Of a stretch of 64,000 nucleotides of DNA, positions 39,616 to 49,080 are shown one piece after another. The position numbers and the translations under genes are program-made. The stretch lies in contig CAWKMU010000004.1 of the NCBI GenBank assembly GCA_963850905.1, positions 608,001-672,000 of the forward strand. The letters are read 5' to 3'. Positions within the stretch are counted from its first letter, which is position 1. Each line of letters opens with the position of its first letter. The stretch is from an uncultured Gemmatimonadales bacterium. GTDB lineage: Bacteria; Gemmatimonadota; Gemmatimonadetes; Gemmatimonadales; Gemmatimonadaceae. The notes below the pieces were generated by a model. The model had not been told where the DNA came from and did no database searches. It was given only the letters and a program-made list of their open reading frames with translations.

Positions 39616-40683
39616 GTGGCACTCTCCATTGAAAGCCGCTTTGCCCCGGCGGAAGCCAAGCCGGTGCACGACTTGCCGGTCGGTCCGGAGTGGTCGTACG
39701 AACCGAAATGGGATGGCTTTCGTTGCCTGGCATTTCGAGACCGGGAGCAGGTGTCGCTCATGTCGAAGGCCGGGAAGCCGTTGACGCGATACTTCCCGGA
39801 CGTCGTCGCGACCATCCTGGCACTCCGCGCGCAGCGATTGGTTCTCGATGGGGAGATCGTCGTACCAGCCGGCGGAACACTGTCTTTTGATCAGTTGTTG
39901 CAACGCATTCATCCGGCTGCCAGCCGCGTGCGCATGTTGGCCGCGAGCTTCCCCGCTCTGCTCATCGCGTTCGACATTCTGGCGATCGGCGAGACGTCCC
40001 TGATCGACCGCCCATTTGCCGAACGACGCCGGCGACTCGAGTCATTCGTGCGCCAGTTCGGCGTGACCGTGTCCGGGCTGCGGCTGTCGCCGATGACGCG
40101 CAGCGCCGTGGTGGCGCGGCGTTGGCTCGGTGGTGAGCGGCGCGGCCTCAATGGCGTCGTCGCGAAGCGGCTGGATCTGCCTTACGAGTCCGGAAAGCGC
40201 ACGGGGATGGAGAAGGTCAAGAACGTCCACACAGCGGACTGCGTCGTCGGCGGCTTCAGGTACGCCTCAAAAGGCCGAGCGATCGGATCGCTATTGCTCG
40301 GCCTCTACGATGCCGCTGGGCTCCTTGACCACGTCGGATTCGTGTCGTCGTTCACGTCGGCGGAGCGAGCAACGTTGGCGTCGCGCGTCACGCCCCTCGT
40401 TGGTGGATCGGGCTTCACGGGACGGGCGCCGGGCGGCCCCAGTCGGTGGAGCACCGAACGGTCGGGCCAGTGGATTCCACTTCGCCCCGCTCTCGTTGTC
40501 GAAGTTGCCTACGACCACTTTGCCGACGGCCGCTTCCGTCACGGAACCGCTTTTCGTCGTTGGCGTCCAGACAAGGCCCCACGACAGTGCACGACGGCCC
40601 AGCTGCGTGCCGAAGGGCGCTCTGCCCTTCATCTGCTGCGCCTCGGCGCCAACCCCAAACGCACGGACGCCCGACGGTCGTGA
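39616..40683 (+). CDS. ligC: ATP-dependent DNA ligase, LigC type
   Basis: YEPKWDGFR, LDGEIVV, LLQRIHPAASR, PGGPSRW and RFRHG..F.RWRPDK. Confidence 0.9.
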   Translation: MALSIESRFAPAEAKPVHDLPVGPEWSYEPKWDGFRCLAFRDREQVSLMSKAGKPLTRYFPDVVATILALRAQRLVLDGEIVVPAGGTLSFDQLLQRIHPAASRVRMLAASFPALLIAFDILAIGETSLIDRPFAERRRRLESFVRQFGVTVSGLRLSPMTRSAVVARRWLGGERRGLNGVVAKRLDLPYESGKRTGMEKVKNVHTADCVVGGFRYASKGRAIGSLLLGLYDAAGLLDHVGFVSSFTSAERATLASRVTPLVGGSGFTGRAPGGPSRWSTERSGQWIPLRPALVVEVAYDHFADGRFRHGTAFRRWRPDKAPRQCTTAQLRAEGRSALHLLRLGANPKRTDARRS

Positions 40684-40747
40684 GGGGCGTAACGGTGGCC
40701 GGGGACGGCCAGCTCAATGGTTTCGGACACCTATCACATGATATTTC

Positions 40748-41740
40748 TTGAGAACCGTGACATCCGAGCCCTTACGATCGCCATCGATTTCCGTCCCGGA
40801 TGATGGGGGAACGGTGTTGAGGAATCGCATTCCATTTCGCGTTCAGCCCATGCTGGCGACGCTCGTTGCTGAGCCATTCGATCGACCCGGGTGGGTCTAC
40901 GAAGAGAAATACGACGGAGATAGGATTCTCGCCTACAAAGAGGGCCACCGGGTCCGGCTGCTTTCCAGGAATGGCAAGGATCGCACGGACCGGCTGCCAC
41001 ACATAGCGGCCGCCATCGGGAGTCTTCAACCCGTCACCCTGTTGCTCGACGGGGAAGTCGTTGTGTTTGATAAAAAAGGAGTCTCGCGATTCCAGTTGGT
41101 CCAGCAGAGTAAAGGTGATCCGGTGTACGCGGTGTTTGACTGCCTGTATTGTGAGGGCAAGGATGTACGGCGTGCGCCTCTCTCCGAACGGCGCGGCGTA
41201 ATGGAGAGGGCGATCGGATCGAGTGAGCTGCTATTGCCGTCGCACAGACTCGCGAGCAACGGGCTCCAGGCTTTTCGCATTGCACGGCGCCGAGGATACG
41301 AGGGTCTAGTTGCGAAGGACCTGTCCTCCCCGTACGTCGAAGGGCGCTCGACGGCGTGGTTGAAAGTCAAAGTGCACCAGGAGGACGAGTTCGTGATCGC
41401 CGGCTACACGGAACCGTCCGGGTCCCGGCAACATTTTGGTGCCCTTCTGCTCGGCGCGTACGACAAGGAGAAGCTGCACTATGTCGGCAAGGTCGGCACG
41501 GGGTTCGATCGAAACGCCCTCGGCGCGTTGTACCGACAATTTCAGCCGTTCGTCAGATCACGATCGGCGCTGGTGGACCCCCCGCGTGAGCAGGGCCTTG
41601 TGTTTCTTGCGCCGCGGCTCGTCGCTCAGGTCTCGTACCAGGAGTGGACCGCTGACCGGAAGCTGCGACAGCCGGTCTTTCTGGGCCTGCGCCACGACAA
41701 ACGTCCGCGAGACGTGATCCTGCCAGAGGCGCACGCGTGA
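40748..41740 (+). CDS. ligD: LigD-type ATP-dependent ligase domain protein
   Basis: PMLATL, YEEKYDGDR, EGLVAK, WLKVK and LRQPVFLGLR.DK. Confidence 0.9.
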   Translation: MRTVTSEPLRSPSISVPDDGGTVLRNRIPFRVQPMLATLVAEPFDRPGWVYEEKYDGDRILAYKEGHRVRLLSRNGKDRTDRLPHIAAAIGSLQPVTLLLDGEVVVFDKKGVSRFQLVQQSKGDPVYAVFDCLYCEGKDVRRAPLSERRGVMERAIGSSELLLPSHRLASNGLQAFRIARRRGYEGLVAKDLSSPYVEGRSTAWLKVKVHQEDEFVIAGYTEPSGSRQHFGALLLGAYDKEKLHYVGKVGTGFDRNALGALYRQFQPFVRSRSALVDPPREQGLVFLAPRLVAQVSYQEWTADRKLRQPVFLGLRHDKRPRDVILPEAHA

Positions 41741-41813
41741 AGGGCGCCGCGCCCGGCGGCGAAACGTGCCACTTCGCCGATTTGCGGCCCGCGTGGCCAG
41801 CGACGATTGGCGC

Positions 41814-43769
41814 TCAAGGCGCACCCGCGCCTTCCATCTGTCGGACCACCGCCTGCAGGGCGCTGACACGTTGCGCATCGCTCGCGGTGCTCGCGTCGTT
41901 GCCCAGCTGCGTTGCCAGTCGCTTCAACTCGCTCACGCGCTGAGGGCCGCTCGCCTGCTCCGCCCGATCGAGGGCGCCGGAGATGGCCGACGTCTGGTCG
42001 GCACTCAAGCCATGGTCGCGCACCAACTGGTCGACGTAAGCGCGTGCGACGGGGAACGCGGCGGGCCAGACGATCTTGGGCTGCGTCTGGACATTGAGCT
42101 GGGCGAAGTGCACGAGGTTCGCCGCGTCGATCTCGTTCTGCGTGAGGTCAGCAGTCGGCGTCAGCTTGAAGATGTCGAACCCCCGCGCCTTGTCCGATCC
42201 GTACAGGTAGCCGTTGTAGTAGTACGCCGCCCAGTAGCCGCCCCGGACCAACTTCGTAGAATCGATCGGGCCACGGTCGAAGTAGGCAATCTCCTTGGGG
42301 TGCGCGGGATCGGTGAAGTCGAAGATCGAGATGCCACCCTGATACCACGCCTGTGCCATGATGTCGCGGCCCGGTACCGGGATCAGCGACCCGTTGTGCG
42401 CGACGCAGTTTTCCTGCGCGGTCTGGGCCGCCGGCAGCTTGAAGTAGCCCACATGTGTCAAGCTGCTCTGATGCAGCCTGAAGATCGCGTCCGCACCCCA
42501 GTCGATGGGGTCCGTCGGGAGGCACTTGGCCGCGCCACCGCCGCCCCACTCGTCGGTGAAGAGCAGCGTTGTCGCAGTGTTGTTGAACGTCGCCGAGTGC
42601 CAGAAGGCGAAGTTCGAGTCGGCCACCGCCTGCAACCTCACCGGATGCATCGGATCCTTGATGTTGAGCAGCAAGCCGTAGCCGGAGCACGCACCAGCAG
42701 CCAGTCCCATCGCCGGATAGGCGGTCATGTCATGGCACTGCGACGGGCCGCCGGGACTGGAGAATTGCGCTAGAAACGAAGGTGGCGTCACGCCCATCTG
42801 CCGCAGCGAATCGGTGAGCACTCGGACCATGGCGGCGTCGTCCAGGTCGAGAAGCAGCAGCGAAAACGTCCGGATGATGCGCGCGGAGTCCGCCGCGGAT
42901 GTGTTGGGCGGCATCTGAGGCATGGACTGGCGCGGCAGGTGCAGCAACGCCCCGCTGGCAGTGTCCCCCAGGGCCAGCCCGTGATGCGGCGGTGCTAGGA
43001 GGCCGTTGAAAAGACGGGCCGAGCTGACGATCCGGGCTTGCTCCGGATGCGCCAGCGGGACTCGAATGATCTCGATGCGGAACAGCGCGCTGTTCGGATC
43101 GCTGACATCACCCGTGCGGCATCCAGGCATCTCCGTGCTCGAGCGCACTGGTGCGAGGCCAGACACGTAGATGTAGACGACACCCTTGTCGACCGGGTCC
43201 GGCACCATCGTATTGGTATGCGAGCCTCGGCAGGTCTGCACATCGGCGACCTCCTTCGGTTGAGCCGGATTGGACACGTCGAAGATGCGAACCCCGATCA
43301 TGCGCTCCTTGCTGACACTGTCCTGCACACCCTGCGTCCCGCAGTCCAGACGGCTCCCCCTGTTCTCCGCAGAGACAAACAGCAGGTGGCCGGCAATGGA
43401 GACATCGCCCTGCTCGGTGAAGCAGGCGAGGGCGGTGACCAGCTTCGGATCTTGGGGATTCCCGATATCCCAGATTTGCAAGCCGCTGAAGTTCCCCTGA
43501 TACACGTAGTTGCCGCCGAACGCGAGATCCGAATTGGAGTACGTCTGCACGGGTTCATTGGGCTTCAAAACGTCAGCCCTGTTGCGGTGGGCGACCAGAT
43601 CGAGCCCTTTTGCGGCAACACCGGCGTCGTACAGCCCGGCCTTGAGGTGGTAGCGCACGTCCGTGGTGTCCTGGCCCTGGACCAGCACCGGGAAGGTCAG
43701 AGGGGCGGCGGCGAGGAGCAGGAACCAACGGGCGACGCGTCGCGTGACGGACATGGCGTGACACCTCAT
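41814..43769 (-). CDS. Secreted LVIVD-repeat beta-propeller protein
   Basis: NSDLAF, VQTCRGSHT, QCHD, FWHSATF, ENCVAHNGS and EIAYFDRGP; signal peptide present. The start may be 43754. Confidence 0.85.
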   Translation of the reverse strand: MRCHAMSVTRRVARWFLLLAAAPLTFPVLVQGQDTTDVRYHLKAGLYDAGVAAKGLDLVAHRNRADVLKPNEPVQTYSNSDLAFGGNYVYQGNFSGLQIWDIGNPQDPKLVTALACFTEQGDVSIAGHLLFVSAENRGSRLDCGTQGVQDSVSKERMIGVRIFDVSNPAQPKEVADVQTCRGSHTNTMVPDPVDKGVVYIYVSGLAPVRSSTEMPGCRTGDVSDPNSALFRIEIIRVPLAHPEQARIVSSARLFNGLLAPPHHGLALGDTASGALLHLPRQSMPQMPPNTSAADSARIIRTFSLLLLDLDDAAMVRVLTDSLRQMGVTPPSFLAQFSSPGGPSQCHDMTAYPAMGLAAGACSGYGLLLNIKDPMHPVRLQAVADSNFAFWHSATFNNTATTLLFTDEWGGGGAAKCLPTDPIDWGADAIFRLHQSSLTHVGYFKLPAAQTAQENCVAHNGSLIPVPGRDIMAQAWYQGGISIFDFTDPAHPKEIAYFDRGPIDSTKLVRGGYWAAYYYNGYLYGSDKARGFDIFKLTPTADLTQNEIDAANLVHFAQLNVQTQPKIVWPAAFPVARAYVDQLVRDHGLSADQTSAISGALDRAEQASGPQRVSELKRLATQLGNDASTASDAQRVSALQAVVRQMEGAGAP

Positions 43770-44464
43770 CAGGATTTACTCGCGGTGAGTGTGTTCAACA
43801 GCGCTTGCATGCGCGCGATCTCGGCGCGTTGACCCGCGTCGATATCGTTGGCGAACCCGGAGATGTCCGGTTGTTGGCCGCCGGCCGGGCTTGCGTAGAG
43901 ATGCGCAACCATCGTGAGGGCTCCCTCGTGATGTGGGATCATCCCACTCAGGTAGAGACGGTCGAATTCCGCACCGTGAGCGGCGTCGAGCTGTCGCATC
44001 TGTTCGGATGTCAGCATCCCAGACATAATCATCGGGTGTGGACCCATGTCCATGCCAGGCATGTTCAGTGGGCTCGTGTCGTGCACCGGACCGGCCTGCT
44101 TCGCGAGCATGCGGAGGGGATCGGGCACCGCGAGGTGGCGGTCCAGGAGCCAGTCCTGCATCAACCGGATCTCGTCCCGCTGTGACAGCGCGATGCGCTT
44201 GGCGAGGATGAGTAGCGTCTGGCTCGCGCCGTGGGTCGGCGCCCACTCGGACATGACGACCGCTTGCGCGTGATGAAAGATCATGTCCTGCATGAAGCTG
44301 GCGTCCGCCGCGGTGTAGTCGGGCCGAGCTGGCCCGGGCGCCTGGGCCAGGAGGCGCGGCGCAAGGAGGACGAGGCTAGCCAGGAGGATGCGTCCGGACG
44401 AAGGTGCTGGCCCGCGTCGGAACGCGAGGGCGCGCCGTTTACGCGCCGTCGTGAGAGGCCGCAT
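43769..44464 (-). CDS. DUF305 (ferritin-like HH) protein
   Basis: FMQDMIFHHAQAVVMS and FDRLYLSGMIPHHEGALTM; adjacent to the LVIVD gene. Confidence 0.9.
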   Translation of the reverse strand: MRPLTTARKRRALAFRRGPAPSSGRILLASLVLLAPRLLAQAPGPARPDYTAADASFMQDMIFHHAQAVVMSEWAPTHGASQTLLILAKRIALSQRDEIRLMQDWLLDRHLAVPDPLRMLAKQAGPVHDTSPLNMPGMDMGPHPMIMSGMLTSEQMRQLDAAHGAEFDRLYLSGMIPHHEGALTMVAHLYASPAGGQQPDISGFANDIDAGQRAEIARMQALLNTLTASKS

Positions 44465-44589
44465 GGGGCCGCGTACTGCAACGACTGCGGGCGTTAAGAT
44501 GATCCGGGCTCCTGCTTGGAGGCGCTACGTTGTTGGAACGGCACCTGGGCGCGCCCCGTGTGAGGCTTGCAGGCTCGGAGGATAACACA

Positions 44590-45324
44590 ATGAGTGAGGA
44601 ACTTAAGGGAAGAACGGCCCTCGTCACCGGGGCAAGTCGCGGCATCGGCCGCGCGATCGCTCGTGCGATGGCAGGAGCGGGAGCCGATGTGGCCGTGAGC
44701 TACCGGAGCAACGACAGCGAGGCCGAAAAAGTGTGCGCGGAGGTCCGGGGGTACGGTCGGCGCTGCGTCGTCGTGCGCGCCGACGTTGCCGGGCCGAGCG
44801 ACGTGGGACGACTACTGGAGAGTGTACACGGAAGCCTGGGCCAAATCACGATCCTGGTGAACAATGCCGGCGTCGGCCAGGGACGCACGATTGAGAACAT
44901 CACGGAGCAGGACTGGGATCAGATGCTCGCGACCAATCTCAAAGGCGTCTTCCTGCTCACCCAGGCGGTGCTGCCGGACATGCGCGCCGCAGGGTGGGGC
45001 CGGATCATCAATCTGTCGTCCGCGGCCGCACAAATCGGCGGTGTGGTCGGGCCACACTACGCGGCCTCCAAAGCGGGCGTGCTCGGCCTCACGCACTACT
45101 ACGCCGCGCACCTGGCCAGAGAGGGAATTACCGTCAACGCCATCGCCCCGGGGCCCATCAGTACTGACATGGCCAGCGCGCTGCCGCAACTGACGCCTGA
45201 AAGCTTGCCCGTAGGGCGCTTCGGCACGGTCGAGGAGGTCGCTCAAGTGGCGTTGATGCTGGCGACCAACGGATTCATCACCGGGCAGACGATAAACGTG
45301 AACGGAGGCCGCTACCTCGCCTGA
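44590..45324 (+). CDS. SDR oxidoreductase (FabG-like)
   Basis: TGASRGIG, NNAG and YAASK. Confidence 0.93.
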   Translation: MSEELKGRTALVTGASRGIGRAIARAMAGAGADVAVSYRSNDSEAEKVCAEVRGYGRRCVVVRADVAGPSDVGRLLESVHGSLGQITILVNNAGVGQGRTIENITEQDWDQMLATNLKGVFLLTQAVLPDMRAAGWGRIINLSSAAAQIGGVVGPHYAASKAGVLGLTHYYAAHLAREGITVNAIAPGPISTDMASALPQLTPESLPVGRFGTVEEVAQVALMLATNGFITGQTINVNGGRYLA

Positions 45325-46598
45325 GTCAGCTCTCCGGCATATTGATCCACGGACGCTCGAACCATGGCGTCGCCGCCCGGTCGGACTCCAAGCCAGAACA
45401 TGGCTCCCGCGAAGGCGACCGCTGCGCCTACGCCCATCGACCAGGTCCATCCAAAATGAGTACCGACCCATGGGGTGACGATTGGCGCGAGTACGCCGCC
45501 CAACTGGCCGCCGGTGTTGAGCAGTCCGGCCGCCGTGGTGCCGTGTGCTCCTCCAAGCTCCACCGCAGTCATCCAGGAGGCAGCCTCGGCCGCGACCGCG
45601 GCGGCAAGGGCCACGCTGAACCAAACAACAACCCACCGCGGATCCTTGGCGAGCACCCCGACGATGAGCAGCACAGCACCAGCGGATAGACCGAGCACGG
45701 GCACCAATGCCCGGCCCTTCCGCAGTCCCATACGTCGAACACACAGATCGGTTAGCCAACCTCCTGCCAGCACGCCCCCCGCCATCGCCAACGTCACAAT
45801 CGTCGAGTACAGCCGGCTAGTGTCCGTGCCAAGCTTCAGTACATCGCCGAAGTAGTACTGCATCCAGTAGAAAAACAAATACTCGAAGTAGTCGAGCGCC
45901 GCATAGGCGGCCGTGACCCGCAGGAGATTGCGGTTCTTGAGCAGCTGCATCCAGGACGCCTTACTGGCTGGCTTGTATGCGGGAGCTCTGGCGCGCCGAT
46001 TCGTGGGCGTGTCGCCGGCCAGGAGCCACCACAGGGCGGCGACACAGAGGGTGACAGCCCCGGACACAATGAAGGCCACAGGCCATCCTACATCGTCACT
46101 GAGCCGGCCGAAGATGATATAGGTCGATGCGATGCCCAGAAGCGCGGCGCCCAACGCGAACCCGTTGGCGAGTCCTTGAGACCGCTGTGGAATCCAGCTC
46201 GAGACCGCGCGGGCGCTGGAAGGGTGGAGCGGCCCGTTGCTCGCCCCGATGAGACTTCGCACCACCAAGAGGCCAACCCACAGTGGCCCAGCAGATGCCA
46301 CGGCGAGCCCCAGCGTGCCGGTAAGCGCGGTGAGTACGGCGCTAGCCGTTACCATGATCCCCAAGGTGATCCAGATCCCGAATCGATCCGCAAACATGCC
46401 TGCCGGCGTCTGCAACAGGGTGTACCCGACGAGGAAGGCGGAATACACAATACCCATGCGCTCAGCGCTGATCCCCAAATCGGGAATCAGGTGTTCGGTG
46501 CCCGCGACCGCTATGCTCACCCGATTGAAGTGGCCGAAGAAGCTAATGGCCATGAGGAGGGGTACGATGCGCCACGAACTGCGGGAGGTCTCGGTCAT
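45312..46598 (-). CDS. MFS transporter (ACS/sugar-acid type)
   Basis: 12-TM pattern; NRVSIAVA, PAGMFADRFG and GLLNTGGQLGG. Confidence 0.88.
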   Translation of the reverse strand: MTETSRSSWRIVPLLMAISFFGHFNRVSIAVAGTEHLIPDLGISAERMGIVYSAFLVGYTLLQTPAGMFADRFGIWITLGIMVTASAVLTALTGTLGLAVASAGPLWVGLLVVRSLIGASNGPLHPSSARAVSSWIPQRSQGLANGFALGAALLGIASTYIIFGRLSDDVGWPVAFIVSGAVTLCVAALWWLLAGDTPTNRRARAPAYKPASKASWMQLLKNRNLLRVTAAYAALDYFEYLFFYWMQYYFGDVLKLGTDTSRLYSTIVTLAMAGGVLAGGWLTDLCVRRMGLRKGRALVPVLGLSAGAVLLIVGVLAKDPRWVVVWFSVALAAAVAAEAASWMTAVELGGAHGTTAAGLLNTGGQLGGVLAPIVTPWVGTHFGWTWSMGVGAAVAFAGAMFWLGVRPGGDAMVRASVDQYAGELTQAR

Positions 46599-46714
46599 CG
46601 GTCGGCGAGGAGGTGAAGGCGCCAATCATGTACGGCCGTCTGATATATCGGAAGTGCGAATTGACCGCCAAAGGGACTGGCCTGTTCCCGCCCCCGCGCC
46701 GACATTTCCCGGCC

Positions 46715-48034
46715 ATGAGTGAGGCGGCGGCCCTTCCGTCTAGCGGCGCGGCCCGCACGTCGGCAGCCACGCGATGGTGCCAGCTCGCCCTCGGCGTCAT
46801 CTGCATGTCGATGATCGCCAACCTGCAGTACGGCTGGACGCTCTTCGTGAATCCCATCCACGACCGCCACGGGTGGGGACTCCCCTCGATCCAGTTCGCG
46901 TTCGCGGTGTTCGTCTTCTTCGAGACGTGGCTCGTCCCGCTCGAGGGGTACATCGTCGATCGGATCGGCCCCCAGTTCGTCGGCGTGATCGCCGGCGTGC
47001 TCGTCGCGATCGCCTGGGTGATCAACGGCGCGGCGAGTTCGCTCGCGATGCTCTATGTGGGCGCTGCGGTTGGCGGGGTGGGCGCGGGCGCCGTGTACGG
47101 CGCAACCGTCGGTAACGCGCTCAAGTGGTTCCCCGACCGGCGCGGGCTCGCCGCGGGACTCACGGCGATGGGGTTCGGCGCTGGCTCCGCGCTCACCGTG
47201 TTCCCGATCGCCAACATGATCAGGTCGCAGGGCTACGAGGCGACGTTTGTGAAGTTCGGCCTGGCCCAGGGCGCGGTCGTATTCGTGGTCAGCTGGTTCC
47301 TCCGCGCGCCCGATGCGTCCTTCGCCGCCGCCAGGTCGGCGCCGAAACGCCTCACGTCGTCCACCGCGCGCGAACACACGCCGATCGAGATGCTGCGCAC
47401 GCCGGCATTCTGGGTGATGTACGTCATGTTCGTGCTCACGGCGACGGGCGGACTGATTGCGACTGCACAGCTTGCGCCGATCGCGAAAGACTTCGGGATT
47501 GCCGACATCCCGGTGTCGCTCCTCGGCCTCACCGGCGCGGCGCTCCCGTTCGCGCTCTCGCTTAACCGCGTTTTGAACGGCGTGAGCCGTCCCGCGTTCG
47601 GCTGGGTGTCGGATCACGTCGGCCGTGAGAACACGATGTTCCTCGCCTTCGGGCTCGAGGGGATCGCGATCCTGCTCCTGGGCAGCTTCGGGCACGACCC
47701 ACTGGCATTCGTGCTGCTCACTAGCCTGTTGTTCTTCGCGTACGGCGAGATCTACTCGCTTTTCCCGGCGACCGTCGGCGACGAGTACGGCCGCAAGTTC
47801 GCCGCGGCGAACGCCGGGCTACTGTACACCGGCAAGGGGATGGCATCGATCCTCGTCTGGGTGAGCAGCGTGATCGGCGGCTCGACACGCGGGGGATGGC
47901 ATACGGTGTTCATCGTCGCGGCGGCGATGAGTCTGGTCGCGTCGGCGCTGGCGCTCGTGGTGCTCAAGCCGGCGCGGCGCGCCGCTGCGGCGGCGACAGC
48001 CAGATCGACGACGGCGCCCGCACCGGCGGATTGA
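46715..48034 (+). CDS. oxlT: Oxalate/formate antiporter (OFA-family MFS)
   Basis: MIANLQYGWTLFVNPI, GNALKWFPDRRGLAAG, SDHVGRENTM and GLLYTGKG (OxlT-type substrate Lys). Confidence 0.92.
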   Translation: MSEAAALPSSGAARTSAATRWCQLALGVICMSMIANLQYGWTLFVNPIHDRHGWGLPSIQFAFAVFVFFETWLVPLEGYIVDRIGPQFVGVIAGVLVAIAWVINGAASSLAMLYVGAAVGGVGAGAVYGATVGNALKWFPDRRGLAAGLTAMGFGAGSALTVFPIANMIRSQGYEATFVKFGLAQGAVVFVVSWFLRAPDASFAAARSAPKRLTSSTAREHTPIEMLRTPAFWVMYVMFVLTATGGLIATAQLAPIAKDFGIADIPVSLLGLTGAALPFALSLNRVLNGVSRPAFGWVSDHVGRENTMFLAFGLEGIAILLLGSFGHDPLAFVLLTSLLFFAYGEIYSLFPATVGDEYGRKFAAANAGLLYTGKGMASILVWVSSVIGGSTRGGWHTVFIVAAAMSLVASALALVVLKPARRAAAAATARSTTAPAPAD

Positions 48035-48041
48035 TCGCACG

Positions 48042-49058
48042 GTGAAGATCGCCGTCGTCGGCGCGGGCTCCATCGGCGGGTTCGTGGGCGGCTGGCTCGC
48101 CGCCGCCGGCGAGGACGTCACGTTCATCGCCCGCGGCGCGAACCTCGCCGCGATCCGCGCAAGCGGCATGCGCGTGATCGGCGAGCACGGCAAGGAGACT
48201 GTCGCGAGAAACGCGCGCGCAGTCGAGTCTGCGGCCGACGCGGGCGCTCAGGATGTGGTGGTGCTCGCGGTGAAGGCGCATCAGGTGGGCGCCGTTGTCG
48301 GCACCGTCCAGCACCTCTGCGACGCGGACACGCCGATCATCACGATGCAGAACGGCGTGCCGTGGTGGTACTTCCAGCGATACGGCGGCCAGTACGAAGG
48401 CACGCCTATCCAGGCTGCGGACCCTGACGGCGCCATCGCCCACGCGATCGACCCCGCCCGCATCATCGGGAGCGTCGTCTATCCGGCAGCGGTGCTCGAG
48501 GCACCCGGTGTCGTACGCGTCCTCGAGGGACGACGCATCACCCTCGGCGAGCTCGACGGCTCGACGACGCCCCGCATCGAGCGCATCGCCGCGGCGTTCA
48601 CACGCGCAGGGTTCAAGGCGCCGATCACCGACGACATCCGCGGTGAGATCTGGCTCAAGATGTGGGGCAATCTCAGCTTCAACCCGATCAGCGCGCTCAC
48701 GCATGCGACGCTCGTCGATCTCCTCGAGTTCCCGCTCACGCGGGAGTTGTCCGCCGAGATGATGCGCGAGGCGGAGGCAATTGCGGCCAAGCTGGGCGTT
48801 ACGTTTCGGATCGGCATCGACAAGCGGCTCGCCGGCGCCGAGAGGGTCGGCGCGCACAAGACGTCGATGCTGCAGGACGTCGAAGCCGGCCGGCCGATGG
48901 AGATCGAGGCTTTGGTCGGCGCAGTCGTGGAGTTGGGACGTCTCACGAGCACGCCGACGCCGCACGTCGACGCCGTGTACGCCTGCGCACGCCTGCTCGC
49001 GCAAACGCTCGCTGTCACCGGCGGGTCGTTGACCGTTGCGCCAGCGAAGGCGCGCTGA
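48042..49058 (+). CDS. panE: 2-dehydropantoate 2-reductase family; from context, a probable oxalyl-CoA reductase (PanE2-like)
   Basis: GAGSIGG, MQNGVPWWYF, WLKMWGNLSFNPISALT and HKTSMLQD; lies between oxlT and an acyl-CoA ligase. Confidence 0.88.
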   Translation: MKIAVVGAGSIGGFVGGWLAAAGEDVTFIARGANLAAIRASGMRVIGEHGKETVARNARAVESAADAGAQDVVVLAVKAHQVGAVVGTVQHLCDADTPIITMQNGVPWWYFQRYGGQYEGTPIQAADPDGAIAHAIDPARIIGSVVYPAAVLEAPGVVRVLEGRRITLGELDGSTTPRIERIAAAFTRAGFKAPITDDIRGEIWLKMWGNLSFNPISALTHATLVDLLEFPLTRELSAEMMREAEAIAAKLGVTFRIGIDKRLAGAERVGAHKTSMLQDVEAGRPMEIEALVGAVVELGRLTSTPTPHVDAVYACARLLAQTLAVTGGSLTVAPAKAR

Positions 49059-49080
49059 CTCTCTAAGGGGATCGCGCAGC

